From Chiloscyllium plagiosum (taxonomy: Eukaryota), in NCBI RefSeq assembly GCF_004010195.1, contig NC_057712.1, positions 98,220,813-98,284,812 on the forward strand: a stretch of 64,000 nt of DNA. Reading direction: 5' to 3'. The position numbers and the translations under genes were made by a program. Each line of letters opens with the position of its first letter. Within the stretch, counting starts at the first letter, position 1. Of the stretch, positions 26,690 to 39,779 are shown piece by piece. Below the pieces are notes generated by a model that was given only the letters and a program-made list of their open reading frames with translations, made no database searches and was not told the origin of the DNA.

Positions 26690-27187
26690 AGTTGATGGGA
26701 AGGGTGAGGGCAGTAACAAATTAAAAATACCATACATGGATACACAAAGCATTAGAAATAAGATGGATGAGCTTGAGGCTCTTTTGGAAATTGGCAGATA
26801 CAATATTGTGAGGATAACTGAGATGTGGCTTCAAGTGGACAGGGCCTAGGAAATGAATATTCAAGGCTACACGTGCTATCATAAGGACAGACCGACGGGC
26901 AGAGGGGGTGGGGTGGCCATGTTGGTAAGGGATGATATTCAGTCCCTTGCACGGGGGGACCTAGAACCAGGGGATGTAGAGTCAGTGTGGATACAGCTGA
27001 GAAATTCTAAGGGTAAAATGACCCTCTTGGGAGTTATCTACAGGCCCCCAAACAGTAATCTGGATGTCGGATGTAAGTTGAATCAGGAGCTGAAATTGGC
27101 CTGTCGCAAAGATGTTACTACAGTTGTTATGGGGGATTTCAACATGCAGGTAGACTGGGAGAATCAGGATGGTATTGGACCTCAAGA
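26690..27187 (+). mobile_element. CR1 ORF2 AP-endonuclease region running into an assembly gap
   Basis: ITEMW, GRGGGVAMLV, LGVIYRPPN, VMGDFN. Confidence 0.92.
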
Positions 27188-27377
27188 NNNNNNNNNNNNN
27201 NNNNNNNNNNNNNNNNNNNNNNNNNNNNNNNNNNNNNNNNNNNNNNNNNNNNNNNNNNNNNNNNNNNNNNNNNNNNNNNNNNNNNNNNNNNNNNNNNNNN
27301 NNNNNNNNNNNNNNNNNNNNNNNNNNNNNNNNNNNNNNNNNNNNNNNNNNNNNNNNNNNNNNNNNNNNNNNNNNNNN
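27188..27377. other. Assembly gap
   Basis: Run of N. Confidence 1.
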
Positions 27378-27714
27378 TTCTCAGTTTAGGCAGTTATAAC
27401 TACACATAATACAACAGATGTAATCTCAGCAATGCCCTGTACTGATGCAGAAAACATCGCTAAGATCATACCCAACACCCCTTGCATGAAACAGAATCAC
27501 TACATTTACATTCCAAATCACTTGGAACATCTTCAGGTTAATTTGATGTGATTCATGTACTAAGACACACAAATCCCTCTGTAACAATGAGTTCCGCAAT
27601 CGCCTTGCAATTTAAATACATTTCTGCTGTTTCGTCTTTTCCACAAAACAGAAAATTTCCATCATATATATAGTACTGTTTTTTTTTCTGCTGAAGCTTT
27701 GCTCACAGCCATCC

Positions 27715-28310
27715 TCTGTCTGTATGCCATTGCTTGTTGCTGTGCCCTCCCCAGTCTGTGTCCCATTGCAGACGTTCTGCACTCCCAATATATGTATCAC
27801 ATTGCAGAAGCACTGTCCTCCTCCGTCTGTATCACAGTGCTGATGCTCTGCCTCCCCGTCTGGATCCAATAGCAGACCCTCTGCCCTCACCCATCAGTTT
27901 CCCATTGCAGACGTTCTGCCCTTCCCCTGTCTGTATCCCATTGCAGACACTCTGCCCTCCCCCTAGTCTGTATACCATTACAGACGCACTGCCTTCAGCC
28001 GTCTGCATCGCATTGTAGATGCTCTCCCTTCCCCTGTATGTATCCCATTGCAGACTCTCTGCCCTCCCCGTCTGTATCCCACAGCAGACGCTCTGTCCTC
28101 CCCCTGACTGTATCCCATTGCAGACGCTTTGCCTTCCCCTAGCTGTATCCCATTGCAGAAGCTCTTCCCTTCTCCTGTCTGTATCCCATTTCAGACGCTC
28201 TTCCCTCCCCCTGTCTGTATCCCATTGCAGACGCCCTGCCCTCCCCCTGTCTGTATCTCATTGCAGACGCTCTGCCGTCCCCGTCTGTATCCCATTGCAG
28301 ACGCTCTGTC
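27715..28310. repeat. Minisatellite, ~35-37-bp unit (CTGTATCCCATTGCAGACGCTCTGCCCTCCCCCTGT), ~16 copies
   Basis: Directly visible tandem units, more degenerate at the left end; no unique spacers. Confidence 0.95.
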
Positions 28311-28862
28311 TCTATTTGACACCTTATTGAATGACTATCCTGGTGCCTGAGCAAACTGAGCTCCATCTCCTTCATCCGGTTCATTATAATGGATTGTAAT
28401 TTGTTGATGACCTCATACAGATCCCAGAAGAATTCCACTTGTTACAGCTTTCCAAACACAAAATGAGTAATGATCTATACTCTGTATTTCCTGATAGCTA
28501 CCCAGGGCGTCCCTGCTTCTGCATAACAGCCTGGGATGGTTATATGGTGTCCTCCTGCGCTGTGTAATTTACTGAGTACATCATTCTGTTTGGTGCGGCC
28601 TGTTTGGTGCAGCCCATTTTGCCGCAGACCCATTTAGGCGCAGAACTATTTCAGCGCAGCTCATATTTATTCCTTTTCAGGCTTAGATAAAAGCATTAAT
28701 CAAAACAATAAAAATAAAAAATAATGTTTATTCCCTTCAGTAAAAATGTTAACAAGACACTTGAATAAGTAGAACATTGACTCAGAGTTTTCTTTCAGAG
28801 TTAAAATGATCGTTGATCTTGCATTTATTCACATTGAAAACATTCATGAAGCTATTGAACAT

Positions 28863-29357
28863 NNNNNNNNNNNNNNNNNNNNNNNNNNNNNNNNNNNNNN
28901 NNNNNNNNNNNNNNNNNNNNNNNNNNNNNNNNNNNNNNNNNNNNNNNNNNNNNNNNNNNNNNNNNNNNNNNNNNNNNNNNNNNNNNNNNNNNNNNNNNNN
29001 NNNNNNNNNNNNNNNNNNNNNNNNNNNNNNNNNNNNNNNNNNNNNNNNNNNNNNNNNNNNNNNNNNNNNNNNNNNNNNNNNNNNNNNNNNNNNNNNNNNN
29101 NNNNNNNNNNNNNNNNNNNNNNNNNNNNNNNNNNNNNNNNNNNNNNNNNNNNNNNNNNNNNNNNNNNNNNNNNNNNNNNNNNNNNNNNNNNNNNNNNNNN
29201 NNNNNNNNNNNNNNNNNNNNNNNNNNNNNNNNNNNNNNNNNNNNNNNNNNNNNNNNNNNNNNNNNNNNNNNNNNNNNNNNNNNNNNNNNNNNNNNNNNNN
29301 NNNNNNNNNNNNNNNNNNNNNNNNNNNNNNNNNNNNNNNNNNNNNNNNNNNNNNNNN
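28863..29357. other. Assembly gap
   Basis: Run of N. Confidence 1.
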
Positions 29358-30096
29358 GAATCTCCACACAAGGTGTCCTGGTCCTCTCTGGCTCTTTCCA
29401 GGATCCTCCCGACATGTCGAAGTAGAGGGTGAGGGAACGGATATCGGGCACTCTAACACCCGGCTTGGCCTTTTATGTCCTATTCCAGGAAGTTTCTCCT
29501 GGAATGCGAGAAGAGGAGGGACGGAGTGAGGGTTGGAGTGGCTGTCTCTGATGTTAATGCTAGTATAGGGGAAGGGGGGAAGAGTGAGGTGTCTGGAGGG
29601 ATTCAACCACAGTGTTGTATCCATGCAGTGGTATTCGTGTGCGGGGCTATTGCGTCAGTGACAGAAAAAGTGGGGGAAGGAAGGTGCTGAATTCAACAGT
29701 GAGTGTGGTCGTGCTGGAGCCTTATTTGCAGATAGAGTGTGAGCCTTGTTCGGGGGTAGGTGTTTTAAAGATATACAGTGAGTGCGAGGGAGCAGAAGAA
29801 TATGGTGACACTTATCCTGGCAAAGTGGGGGGAAAGAATATTGATACTTGTCCTGTATTGCTGACCAATTCTTCAGATTATCTCAGCGTTGAGGTGAGTC
29901 TCCCTGATCGTCTTGTCCAAGTCTATCGGTAATAACGCCACAGACTCTTTCCATCACTTCCCACAGAATCAGTATGGGTGGATCTTACAAATAGCAAGGT
30001 GAAGCAAACATTAGTGTGTTATACATCAAAACCAAATCTGTCACGTAAATACTTTACAACATATGCTCTGGAAATTAGGTATGTAAGTATATGCAA

Positions 30097-30435
30097 GGGG
30101 GACCAATGACACAGTGATATTATTGCTGGGCTCTTAACCCAGAGACCCAGGTGATATTCTGGGGACATGAATTCAAATCCTGCCATGGTGGAATTTGAAT
30201 TCAATATGTATCTGGAATCAAGGGTTTGTGCTGACCAAGAATCCATTGTCGATTGTTGGAAAAACTCATCTGGTTCACTGATGTCCTTGAGGGAAGAATA
30301 CTGCTGTCCTTACATGGTGTGGCCTGCACGTGACTCCAGACTCAAGACAACGCTGCTGACTCTTAACTGCCCTCTGGCATGGGCAATAAATGCTGGTAAT
30401 CCAGCGACGCCCTCATCCTGTGAATGAGTAACAAA
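30097..30435 (+). mobile_element. SINE of a second family (related copy at ~42160-42470)
   Basis: Shared body TCTGGTTCA..TGTCCTTAC..GGCCT.CA.GTGACTCCAGAC..GGGCAATAAATGCTG in both copies. Confidence 0.75.
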
Positions 30436-31307
30436 TAATCATGGAGCTGCAGTAATAATAGATGGTCTCAAATTGCACTGAAACTTCAGTGACTACTAAT
30501 ACTGTGAAGAAAAAACTTCCGTAAGTGTGTATTGGGTAGGTTGAACAGTACGTTGTGAACCAAACTGGAGAGCAGGTTATTTCAGATTTGGTGTTGCTTT
30601 GTCAGGAGGACTAACTAATAGCCTTGCTCAAGAACAGCTTAGCAGTCTCAGAGGGCCGAATGGTCTCATTCTGTTCTTAATCCTTTGCCCTTGGATATTG
30701 TGCTATTTCACTAACAGGTCAACAAAAGCACGCTTCCCAGAATGGAATTGGGTCCATGTTGTAATAATATGTTCAATTAGTGCTTTTAGTTCATATGTTC
30801 AGCTTTGACTGCACCGTTGAAATGACCATGGAAGTACAATGTGGCATCAGTGTCAATCAAGAGTACTTTCCTCTCCCCCCTGGCTTGGTAGGGAGCCAAA
30901 GTCAAAAGGACCAACGTTACAACATTCAAGCTTTTTTCGCAAATGGCTTAAATTAATAAGTGACTTTTTCTTATGCTGCCAAATTTGAAATCATTGAAAT
31001 ATCTCATTCTTTGGGAGAACTCACTGTGCCTGTTTTGCGAGTGTTAAACATGTAGCAATCTCTGCCCACAAGTTCCTATACCAGATGTATACTCCTGGCA
31101 TGGAAGTCGCTATATTATGCTCCCACTGTTTGTAAGAATAAAAACATACGAAACAGGAGCTGGAGAACATAGGAACGTAAAAGCTCGGAGCAGATGTAAG
31201 CCATTCAGCCCCTTGAGCCTGCTGTGACATTTAATATGATCAGGGTTGATCTCATCTCGGTCTCAACTCCACTTTCCTGCCCACTCTCTATAACCCTTTA
31301 ACCTACT

Positions 31308-31493
31308 GCGAATCCTCTTGCAACGTCACATTTCCAACGCCCCTTCCCCAAGTCCCTCCTCCCTACCTTTTATCTTAGCCTGCTGGACACACTTTCCTCA
31401 TTCCTGAAGAAGGGCTCATGCCCGAAACGTCGATTCTCCTGCTCCTTGGATGCTGCCTGACCTGCTGCGCTTTTCCAGCAACACATTTTCAGC
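31308..31493 (+). mobile_element. PLE terminal-repeat fragment with an intact hammerhead core (31400-31436)
   Basis: CUGAAGA-A-GGGC-UCAU-GCCC-GAAA-CG-UC; same family as 24875-25000. Confidence 0.8.
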
Positions 31494-32799
31494 ACGGAAT
31501 ATCAGTGTCAGCTTTGTTGACAAAATCAGGAGCTCAGCCTTACCAACCAGAGAGGCACCAACTGCTAATCTTGGGTGTGCACGCAGACCAGCAGGCACTG
31601 TCATCCATCTGTTTGTGTCATAGAGCTTTCAAAGCATGGAAAGAGGCCATCATGTCCACACCGATCATCATCTATCTAACTATACTAATCCCATTTGTAG
31701 CCCTTGGCCCATTACCCTGTCCGCTCTGGCGTTATTCTACTATGGATGAGTTGGTCAGCCATCCTGGGTTTCTGTTAATAGAAGGAGTTACTATTTGCCA
31801 GAAAAAAAGTCTGAGCAAATGAAAGAGAATGTCACGCTATGATTTTCCTGAATGGTAGAGCAGGCTTGAAGGGCTGCATACCCGACTCCTGACCCTACTT
31901 CTTATGTCCCAAGTGGAGAGATAGCAGTCTCACAAGTAAGTAGATAAGAGCTGAATACTCATTCTTGTAAACTGAGACCATTAAAGGCAAACATATGAAC
32001 TGCCTTACAGTTTGTGTTCAATAAATACATATACAGCTTTCATTGGCTGCTCCCTCATTGGTAAGTACTTTAATTGGCTTAATACTGTGTTATGTAAACT
32101 AGGAAATTTGCAAGTATAATCACCAAATTAGCTGATCTTACCTTGGGTGGTCAACATACTCCCTTGTTTTGGGATACAAATAAACCAAAGATGGTTGTCG
32201 CAATGCAACCATATCACAGACAGTCACAGCACAGAAGCAGATAAGTGGATTTTAAACGTGGCTTTAAAATAAGTCTGCAGTAGTGAGTAGAGTGGGTTCT
32301 TTCTTGATAATATGTTTTACTGAGATATGTCTCTTAAAATATAAGCCATAAGTATTAATTTAACTTGGAGCAGTGTTTTGTAGAGGAATAAGATAGTGCT
32401 ATTTTCTGGGACTGTAGTTTGAAAGAAGCAAAAATGGCCTTTAGTAAAGTGATATGCTCTTCTAGTCAGATGTGGGAGTTTAGGGAGAGTTTACAGGTTA
32501 CTGAGGATTATATCTGCAATAAATGCCATTGGTTGGGAATCCTATCAGATCGAATGGATCAGTTAGAGAGGCAGTTAGAGGCAATTAGGAATTTACAAGA
32601 GCAAGGGGATGTGATGGATGGCAGTTATAGGAAGGGAGGTAAGTCTCAGATATAGTCACATAGATCAGTTAACTCCAGGAAAGGTAAGAGAGGTAGGCAG
32701 GTACTGCAGGCGTCTTCTGTGGCTATCCCCATTTCAAACAAGTATACTGTTTTGAAAAATGTAGAAGGTGATCGATTCTCAGGGAAACATAGCATGAAA

Positions 32800-33122
32800 T
32801 GGTGGCATGGTGGCATAGTGGTTAGCACTGCTGCCTCAAAGCACCAGAGACCTGGGTTCAATGCCCACCTCAGGCGACTGTGTGGAGTTTGCACATTCTC
32901 CCTGTGTCTGTGTGGGTTTCCTCCAGGTGCTCCGGTTTCCTCCCACAGTCCAAAAATGTGCAGGCTAGGTGATTTGGCCGTGCTAAATTGCTCGTAGTGT
33001 TAGGTGAAGGGGTAAATGTAGGGGAATGGGTCTGGGTGAGTTGCGCTTCGCCAGGTCAGTGTGGACTTGTTGGGCTGAAGGGCCTGTTTCCACACTGTAA
33101 GTAATCTAATCTATCTAATCTA
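32800..33122 (+). mobile_element. HE1-type SINE inserted in CR1 ORF1
   Basis: tRNA-like head, V-domain and (ATCTA)n tail. Confidence 0.9.
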
Positions 33123-34102
33123 AACAGCCAAGTTTCTGGTATTGAGACTAGCTCTAATATAATGAGAAGTATGTCAGGTTCCAAGTGATCGGTTGTGTTA
33201 GGGGACTCTCTAGTACAGGTACAGACTGACGTTTCTGTGGCCAGCTGTGAAAAATCAGAAAGGTGTGGTGCTTCCCTGGTGCCAGGATCAAGGATGTCTC
33301 AGAGAGGGGGCAGAATGTTCTCAAAGAGGAGAGGGCCCAGCAGGAGGTCATTGTCCACATTGGAACCAATGACATAGGAAGGGAAAAGTTTAAGATTCTG
33401 AAGGGAGATTACTGAGAGCTAGGCAGGAATTTAAAAAGGAGATCCTCGAGAGTAGTAATATCTGGATTACTCCCAGTGCTACGAGCTAGTGAGGGCAGGA
33501 ATAGGAGGATAAAGCAGCTGAATGCATGGATGAGGAGCTGGTGTATGGGAGAAGAATTCACATTTTTGGATAATTGGAAGTTCTTTTGGGGTAAAGGTGA
33601 CCTGTACAAGAAGGACCGATTGCACCTAAATTGGAAGGGAACTAATATACTGGCAGGAAGATTTGCTAGAGCTGCTCGGGAGAATTTAAATTAGTAAGAT
33701 TTCAAACTGGTATGGTTGAGAACAAAGGCGAGTCAAACATCAGGGCAGGCAGGGACAAAGCAGAGATCAAGGTAGGACTGATAAATTAAACTGCATTTAT
33801 TTCAATGCAAGAGGGAAGGCAGATGAACTCAGGGCATGGTTAGGAACATGGGACTGGGATATCATAGCAATTACAGAAACATGGCTCAGGATGGACAGGA
33901 CTGGCAGCTTAATGTTCCAGGATACAAATGCTACAGGAAGGATAGAAAGGGAGGCATGAGAGGAGGGGGAGTGGCCTTTTTGATAAGGGATAGCATTACA
34001 GCTGTGCTGAGGGAGGATATTCCCGGAAATACATCCAGGGAAATTATTTGGGTGGAACTGAGAAATAAGAAAGGGATGATCACCTTATTGGGATTGTATT
34101 AT

Positions 34103-34173
34103 NNNNNNNNNNNNNNNNNNNNNNNNNNNNNNNNNNNNNNNNNNNNNNNNNNNNNNNNNNNNNNNNNNNNNNN
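34103..34173. other. Assembly gap
   Basis: Run of N. Confidence 1.
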
Positions 34174-36876
34174 GTTGAAGTCCTAAATTAAAGAGAGGCC
34201 AATTTTGACGGTATTAGACAAGAACTTTCAAAAGCTGATTGGAGACAGATGTTCGCAGGAAAAGGGATGGCTGGAAAATGGGAAGCCTTCAGAAATGAGA
34301 TAACGAGAGTCCAGAGAAAGTATATTCCTGACAGGGTGAAAGGAAAGGCTGGTAGGTATAGGGAATGCTGGATGACTAAAGAAATTGAGGGCTTGGTTAA
34401 GAAAAAGAAGGAAGCATATGTCAGATATTGACAGGATAGATCGAATGAATCCTTAGAAGAGTATAAAGGCAGTAGGAGTATACTTAAGAAGGAAATCAGG
34501 AGGGCAAAAAGGGGACATGAGATAGCTTTAGCAGATAGAGTTAAGGAGAATCCAAAGGGTTTTTGCAAACACATTAAGAACAATAGGGTAACTAGGGAGA
34601 GAATAGGGCCCCTCAAAGATCAGCAAGGCGGCCTTTATGTGGAGCTACAGGAGATCGGGGAGATACTAAACAATTAATTTGCATCAGTATTTACTGTGCA
34701 AAAGGATATGGAAGATAGAGAATGTAGGGAAATAGATGGTGACATCTTGCAAAATGTCCATATTACAGAGGAGGAAGTGCTGGATGTCTTGAAATGCATA
34801 GAAGTGGGTAAATCCCCAGGACCTGATCAGGTGTACCCTTGAACTCTGTGGGAAGCTAGGGAATTGATTGCTGGGCCTCTTACTGAGATATTTGTATCAT
34901 TGATAGTCACAGGTGAGGTGCCGGAAGACTGGAGATTGGCTAACGTGGTGCCACTGATTAGGAAAGGTGGTATGGACAAGCCAGGGCACTATAGACCAGT
35001 GAGACTGATGTCGGTGGTGGGCAAGTTGTTTGAGGGAATCCTGAGGGACAGAATGTATATGTATTTGGAAAGGCAAGGACTAATTAGGTACAGTCAACAT
35101 GGCTGTGTGCATGGGAAATCATATCTTACAAACTTGATAGAGCTTTTTGAAGAAGTAACAAAGAGGATTGATGAGGGCAGAGCGGTAGATGTGATCTATA
35201 CGGAGTTCAGTAAGGCGTTCAACAAGGTTCCCCAAGGGAGACTGGTTAGCAAGGTTAGATCTCACGGAATACAGGGAGAACTAGCCATTTGGATACAGAA
35301 CTGGCTCAAAGGTGGAAGACAGAGGGTGGTGGTGGAGGGTTGTTTTTCAGACTGGAGGCCTGTGACCAGTGGAGTGCCACAAGGATCGGTGCTGGGTCCA
35401 CTACTTTTCGTCATTTATATAAATGATTTGGATGTGAACACAGGAGGTATAGTTAGTAAGTTTGCTGATGACACCAAAATTGGAGGTGTAGTGGACAGCG
35501 AAGAAGGTTACCTCTGATTACAATGGGATCTTGATCAAATGGACCAATGGGCTGAGAAGTGGCAGATGGAGTTTAATTTAGATCAATGTGAGGTGTTGCA
35601 TTTTGGGAAAGCAAATCTTATACACTTAATGATAAGGTCCTCGGGAGTGTTGCTGAACAAAGAGACCTTGGAGTGCAGGCTCATAGCTCCTTGAAAGTGG
35701 AGTCACAGTTAGATAGGATAGTGAAGAAGGCGTTTGGTATGCTTTCCTTTATTGGTCAGAGAACTGAGTACAGAAGTTGGGAAGTTATGTTGCGGCTGTA
35801 TAGGACATTAGTTAGGCCACTGTTGGATTATTATGTGTAATTTTGGTCACCTTCCTATTGGAAAGATGTTGTGAAACTTGAAAGTGTTCAGAAAGATTTA
35901 CAAGGATATTGCCGGGTTGGAGGATTTGAGCTATAGGGAGAGGTTGAATAGGTGAGGGCTATTTTCCCTGAAGCATTAGAGGCTGAGGGGTGACCATATA
36001 GAGATTTGTAAAATTATGAGGGGCATGGATAGGATAAATAGACAGTCTTTTCCTTGGGGTAGGGGAGTCTAGAACTAACGGGCATTGGTTTAGGGTGAGA
36101 GGGGAAAGATATAAAAGAGACCTAAGGGGCATGTTTTCACTCAGAGGGTGGTACATGTGTGGAATGAGCTGCCAGAGGAAGTGGTGGAGGCTGGTACAAT
36201 TGCAACATTTAAGAGGCATCTGGATGGGTATATGAATAGGAAAGGTTTGGAGGGATATGGGCCGGGTGCTGGCAGGTGGGACTAGATTGGGTTGGGATAT
36301 ATTGTTGGCATCGATGGGTTGGACTGAAGGGTCTGTTTCCATGCTGTACATCTCTATGACTCTATGTCCATTCCAGAAGCCGAGTCTGTCGTCACCAGTT
36401 GAAGACAACATCGCAAACAAGTTTGAAGGCCTGAGAATTGCAACAATAGTTGACTTAAAGATCGAGACTGGATGACCAATTTTACAAAGCCACTCACCTC
36501 AAAGACACCTGAATTCAATCCTATGTCAGCCGTGCACAATTTCCAGCTGTTGTGGCGAACTAATGCCAACTGATTTTCAACCCTTGTATGTGCTAAGAAA
36601 GGGCCTAATGACTGTTTAGGAAGTTGTCATCAAGACTTGTCAGTGCGAAGTGGGGCCAAGCATGCTCCAGCCAGCTGTTTTTGGGATGGGAGCAGTCACT
36701 CAATCACAGTATTATTGTAGTTCAGCAGAGGTCATTCAGCCCATCATTACTTGCACCAACTCTCTAGTTGTGAGCAGAAGCTGGGTTTTTTTTGAGTTAC
36801 TTTTCTGTGGAGCTCAGAAGAACAGGAAAGCACCTTCTGATTAGACAGCTCTCAGGAGAGATGCTGTAACCTTTTT

Positions 36877-37742
36877 CAGAGGAACCCCCATTATCCGAAC
36901 GAGATGGGCAGGCAATCATTTGTTTGGATAATTGATTATTCGGTTAATTGATTCAATACCTCTCCTCTGGGTCTCAGAATTTTCTGAAGTTTCGTTTTTC
37001 CTTGCTCTCCTTGCTTTGCTCCCTCTCTCTGTCTCAGGTTTTGTTTCCGAGCAGAGACACACTTGTGTGTAAGGGACCTGAAGCATTGCTGAAGCCTCCC
37101 CACTCCCCCATTAGTTCAATAGCATTGATACAGCGAGCACTTGCTAAGTATGCTCCCTGTTCAGGAGCCTAGGCAGTAGCACACCACACGCAAGCTCCCG
37201 GCCCCTGTCTGCACCCGCCCCTACTCACTGTCTGCACCCTGTCTACTCGGCCGGCCAGCACCCTCCAACCCCCATGAGCACCAGCTCCCCCCCATCCCCC
37301 CAGGGGCAGCTGGACTGGACACCAACAGTAAGACTGCTGCTGCCTTTCAGGGGTGACACACACACACACACACCAACACTCCCCTACCTTTTCACTGCAA
37401 CTTTCTGACAAGTTCCACCTTTGCCCTGTACAGGACAAGGTTGGAGAGATTATCTGGGGAAGGGGGGTTCTGGGTACACCCCTGTGTAGAACTCCAGGGA
37501 AAGTGTGGGGAGAGACAGAGAGAAAGGACGGGCAGTTAGTCATTTGGAGACAGTGCCTGGGCTCCCATCATTGTCCAGGAGTGTTCTTGGCAGTATTTCA
37601 GTAAGCCAAGTTTGTTTTTAATCACTGTAAACAGAAGACATGATCAGTGTTGGAAACACCTCTTTGATGCAATGTTTCTATCGGGACCTTGAGATCTTCC
37701 AAAATTTGGATAACTGAGATTTGGATAATTGAGGTTCCTCTG
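36877..37742. mobile_element. Non-autonomous DNA transposon with terminal inverted repeats (pogo/Tigger-like CAG ends)
   Basis: Left CAGAGGAACCCCCATTATCCGAA versus right TTGGATAATTGAGGTTCCTCTG; a second partial right end lies at ~46330-46880. Confidence 0.75.
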
Positions 37743-39779
37743 CCTCGCACCATGGTTACTTGAGGGCTGCTAGTTGTAAGGCAGACCAGCCATACTAGGA
37801 CAGTTGTTAAGGTTCACAGTACCTCTGAAGGAACAAAAGCTTCTGGAATAGCTGCCATAATAATAGAACAGATGCTTGCTTAAATAATCGAGGAGTCATC
37901 TATAGTATATTATGAAACTACATTAGAGCTTCAGGAGAATAATTAGTTTAACTAGTTTTTTTAAAGGTGTCTATCATACGTGACTATAGCTATAGTATAA
38001 TTAAATGTTTCTGAAAACAGAAACCATCGTCGTTATGGGTGGTTCCAGTTCGAAGGATTGGACCCAGGCAAACTGGAACTGTGCAAGCTCAGGTTACATC
38101 TGCTGAGATCACAGTGAGGGAAGAACAAACAGAGATCACTTTCAATATGCAGTGAAACAGAATGTGTTGACCACTTCCAGTTTGCTTGATGGATGGAGAA
38201 AATCGTTTTAAAGTTTATGTAAATTTGACATTAACTTGCCAGGGCAGTTAATCTGGAGAAGACCGAGTTGGCTGTTACAAGGTAAATCTCTCCTTTTGTT
38301 TGTTTTAATTTAAACAAATAGTTTGATTGGAGCTTATGATGTGACAACTTATATGCGCTATAGAATATTTCAAACACTCAGGTCATAACATGGAAATAAG
38401 GTGAAAATTTATTTTGTGTTTTATTTTATGTTTTCATCAAGTCAAAATCCATTGATACTGATTTCAATTAATTTAGTGGGACAACTAGCATCGTGTTAAT
38501 AAAATTGGGAAGCACAAGACATATCAGTTCCTGTGTTTGCGAACCTTTAATCTTTGTGTGCCTTTAGCTACCCTACAGAGTTTATGATTTTGACCATTTC
38601 CAGGGGAACATTTTACACAATAACTACGGACAAAAGTGGTCTGAGTAGTAGGTAATCCAGCTCTGCAATAGTAAAAGTGCAACTCTGAATTGAATTACTC
38701 AAATGGGGAACTAATGCCATAGTTTCCCAGTCGTGATCTTGTAAATGGGAATTGATTAGCACCAGAACTTTTAATTCAATGTCACTGATGACAGAGTTAA
38801 CATTGGGCTCAATTTGTAGGCATTCAAATGACAAAACGTTTACCTTAGATTGTAGTTAGTTTTTAAATCTCACTTAATCCACTCATGACTCATGGTTAGT
38901 GAATACTGGTGTTTCAACATTCTTTAACAAGTAGTCTTCCTCTTGATTTTTAAAGCTGTCCAGGGACTGTAGTTATTTTACCAATGTGGAACATAGTCCT
39001 GTCTTTACTTGGTGTCCATAGGCATACCCTTTCCTCACTGATGCAGTGCAAGAGCAGATATCTGACTGAATTTTATGCCTCACATACCCTCCACTACCAT
39101 CTCAGTCCAAGTGTTCTGAGATCTGTTGTGGCAGATTAGCTAACTCAGCGCAGACCAGAGATCAAACCTGGAATGTTATTGATCCATTTGGCATTTTTCC
39201 ACGTCTTAAGGCAATGTAACTCACAGAGGTATTTGGCAAGGGTTTGGGAGGCATAGTCTGGTGGCTTTGGGATTGCCTGGTAACTTCAAACAGAATTAAT
39301 GGCTCTGTGTGGCAAACTGTGAGAAAGGTATACCAGGCCTTTAAGAACGTTCACCTTTAAGGACTCTATTTTTACAATGTTGTCGCTCTGCCTGCCATTT
39401 ACTCTGCTGTGGCTTTCCAAGCTGCGTGTATCACAGATATCAGTTGGTTTGCTGTACTGTCTGCTTCATAACTGGGAATGTGTTTTACTATTTTAAATAA
39501 ACTAAAATAATTAAAGGGAGTTAATCAATCCCTAAACAGTAGTCTAAAATATTGAGTTAATCATGCCATTTGCCAAATTTAAATTGGGACACAGCAGACC
39601 TTCTAACAGAATTCAGATTGTCTAAATGGCGTTCAAAGCTACGTTTTTTAGTAGAAAAGCAAGCCATTAAGATTTGCTTATTAATGGGGAAGACGTTTAC
39701 ACAGACTGAATATTTTAAGATTAACAGCTGGAGAGCTGAATGATTCCCAAATGCTATAGATTTTATTAGAAAACCAAAT

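Larger units (their letters stand above)
32250..36366 (+). mobile_element. Near full-length CR1 (HER1-like) LINE: ORF1 (Zn-finger/leucine zipper and SGNH esterase) and ORF2 (endonuclease and RT), with stops and frameshifts
   Basis: VICSS.QMWE..YICNKC..L..LERQL; LGDSLV and DRLHLN esterase motifs; RT ORF 34864-35517 with [14 protein letters not shown] and KFADDTK; (CTCTATGA)n tail. Confidence 0.95.

Noticed and set aside
27715-28310. CRISPR-like array
   Set aside because: Units are contiguous with no unique spacers, no cas genes, and the context is vertebrate; it is a minisatellite
28782-29624. Long ORFs of 175-280 aa
   Set aside because: Artefacts of reading through the N gap
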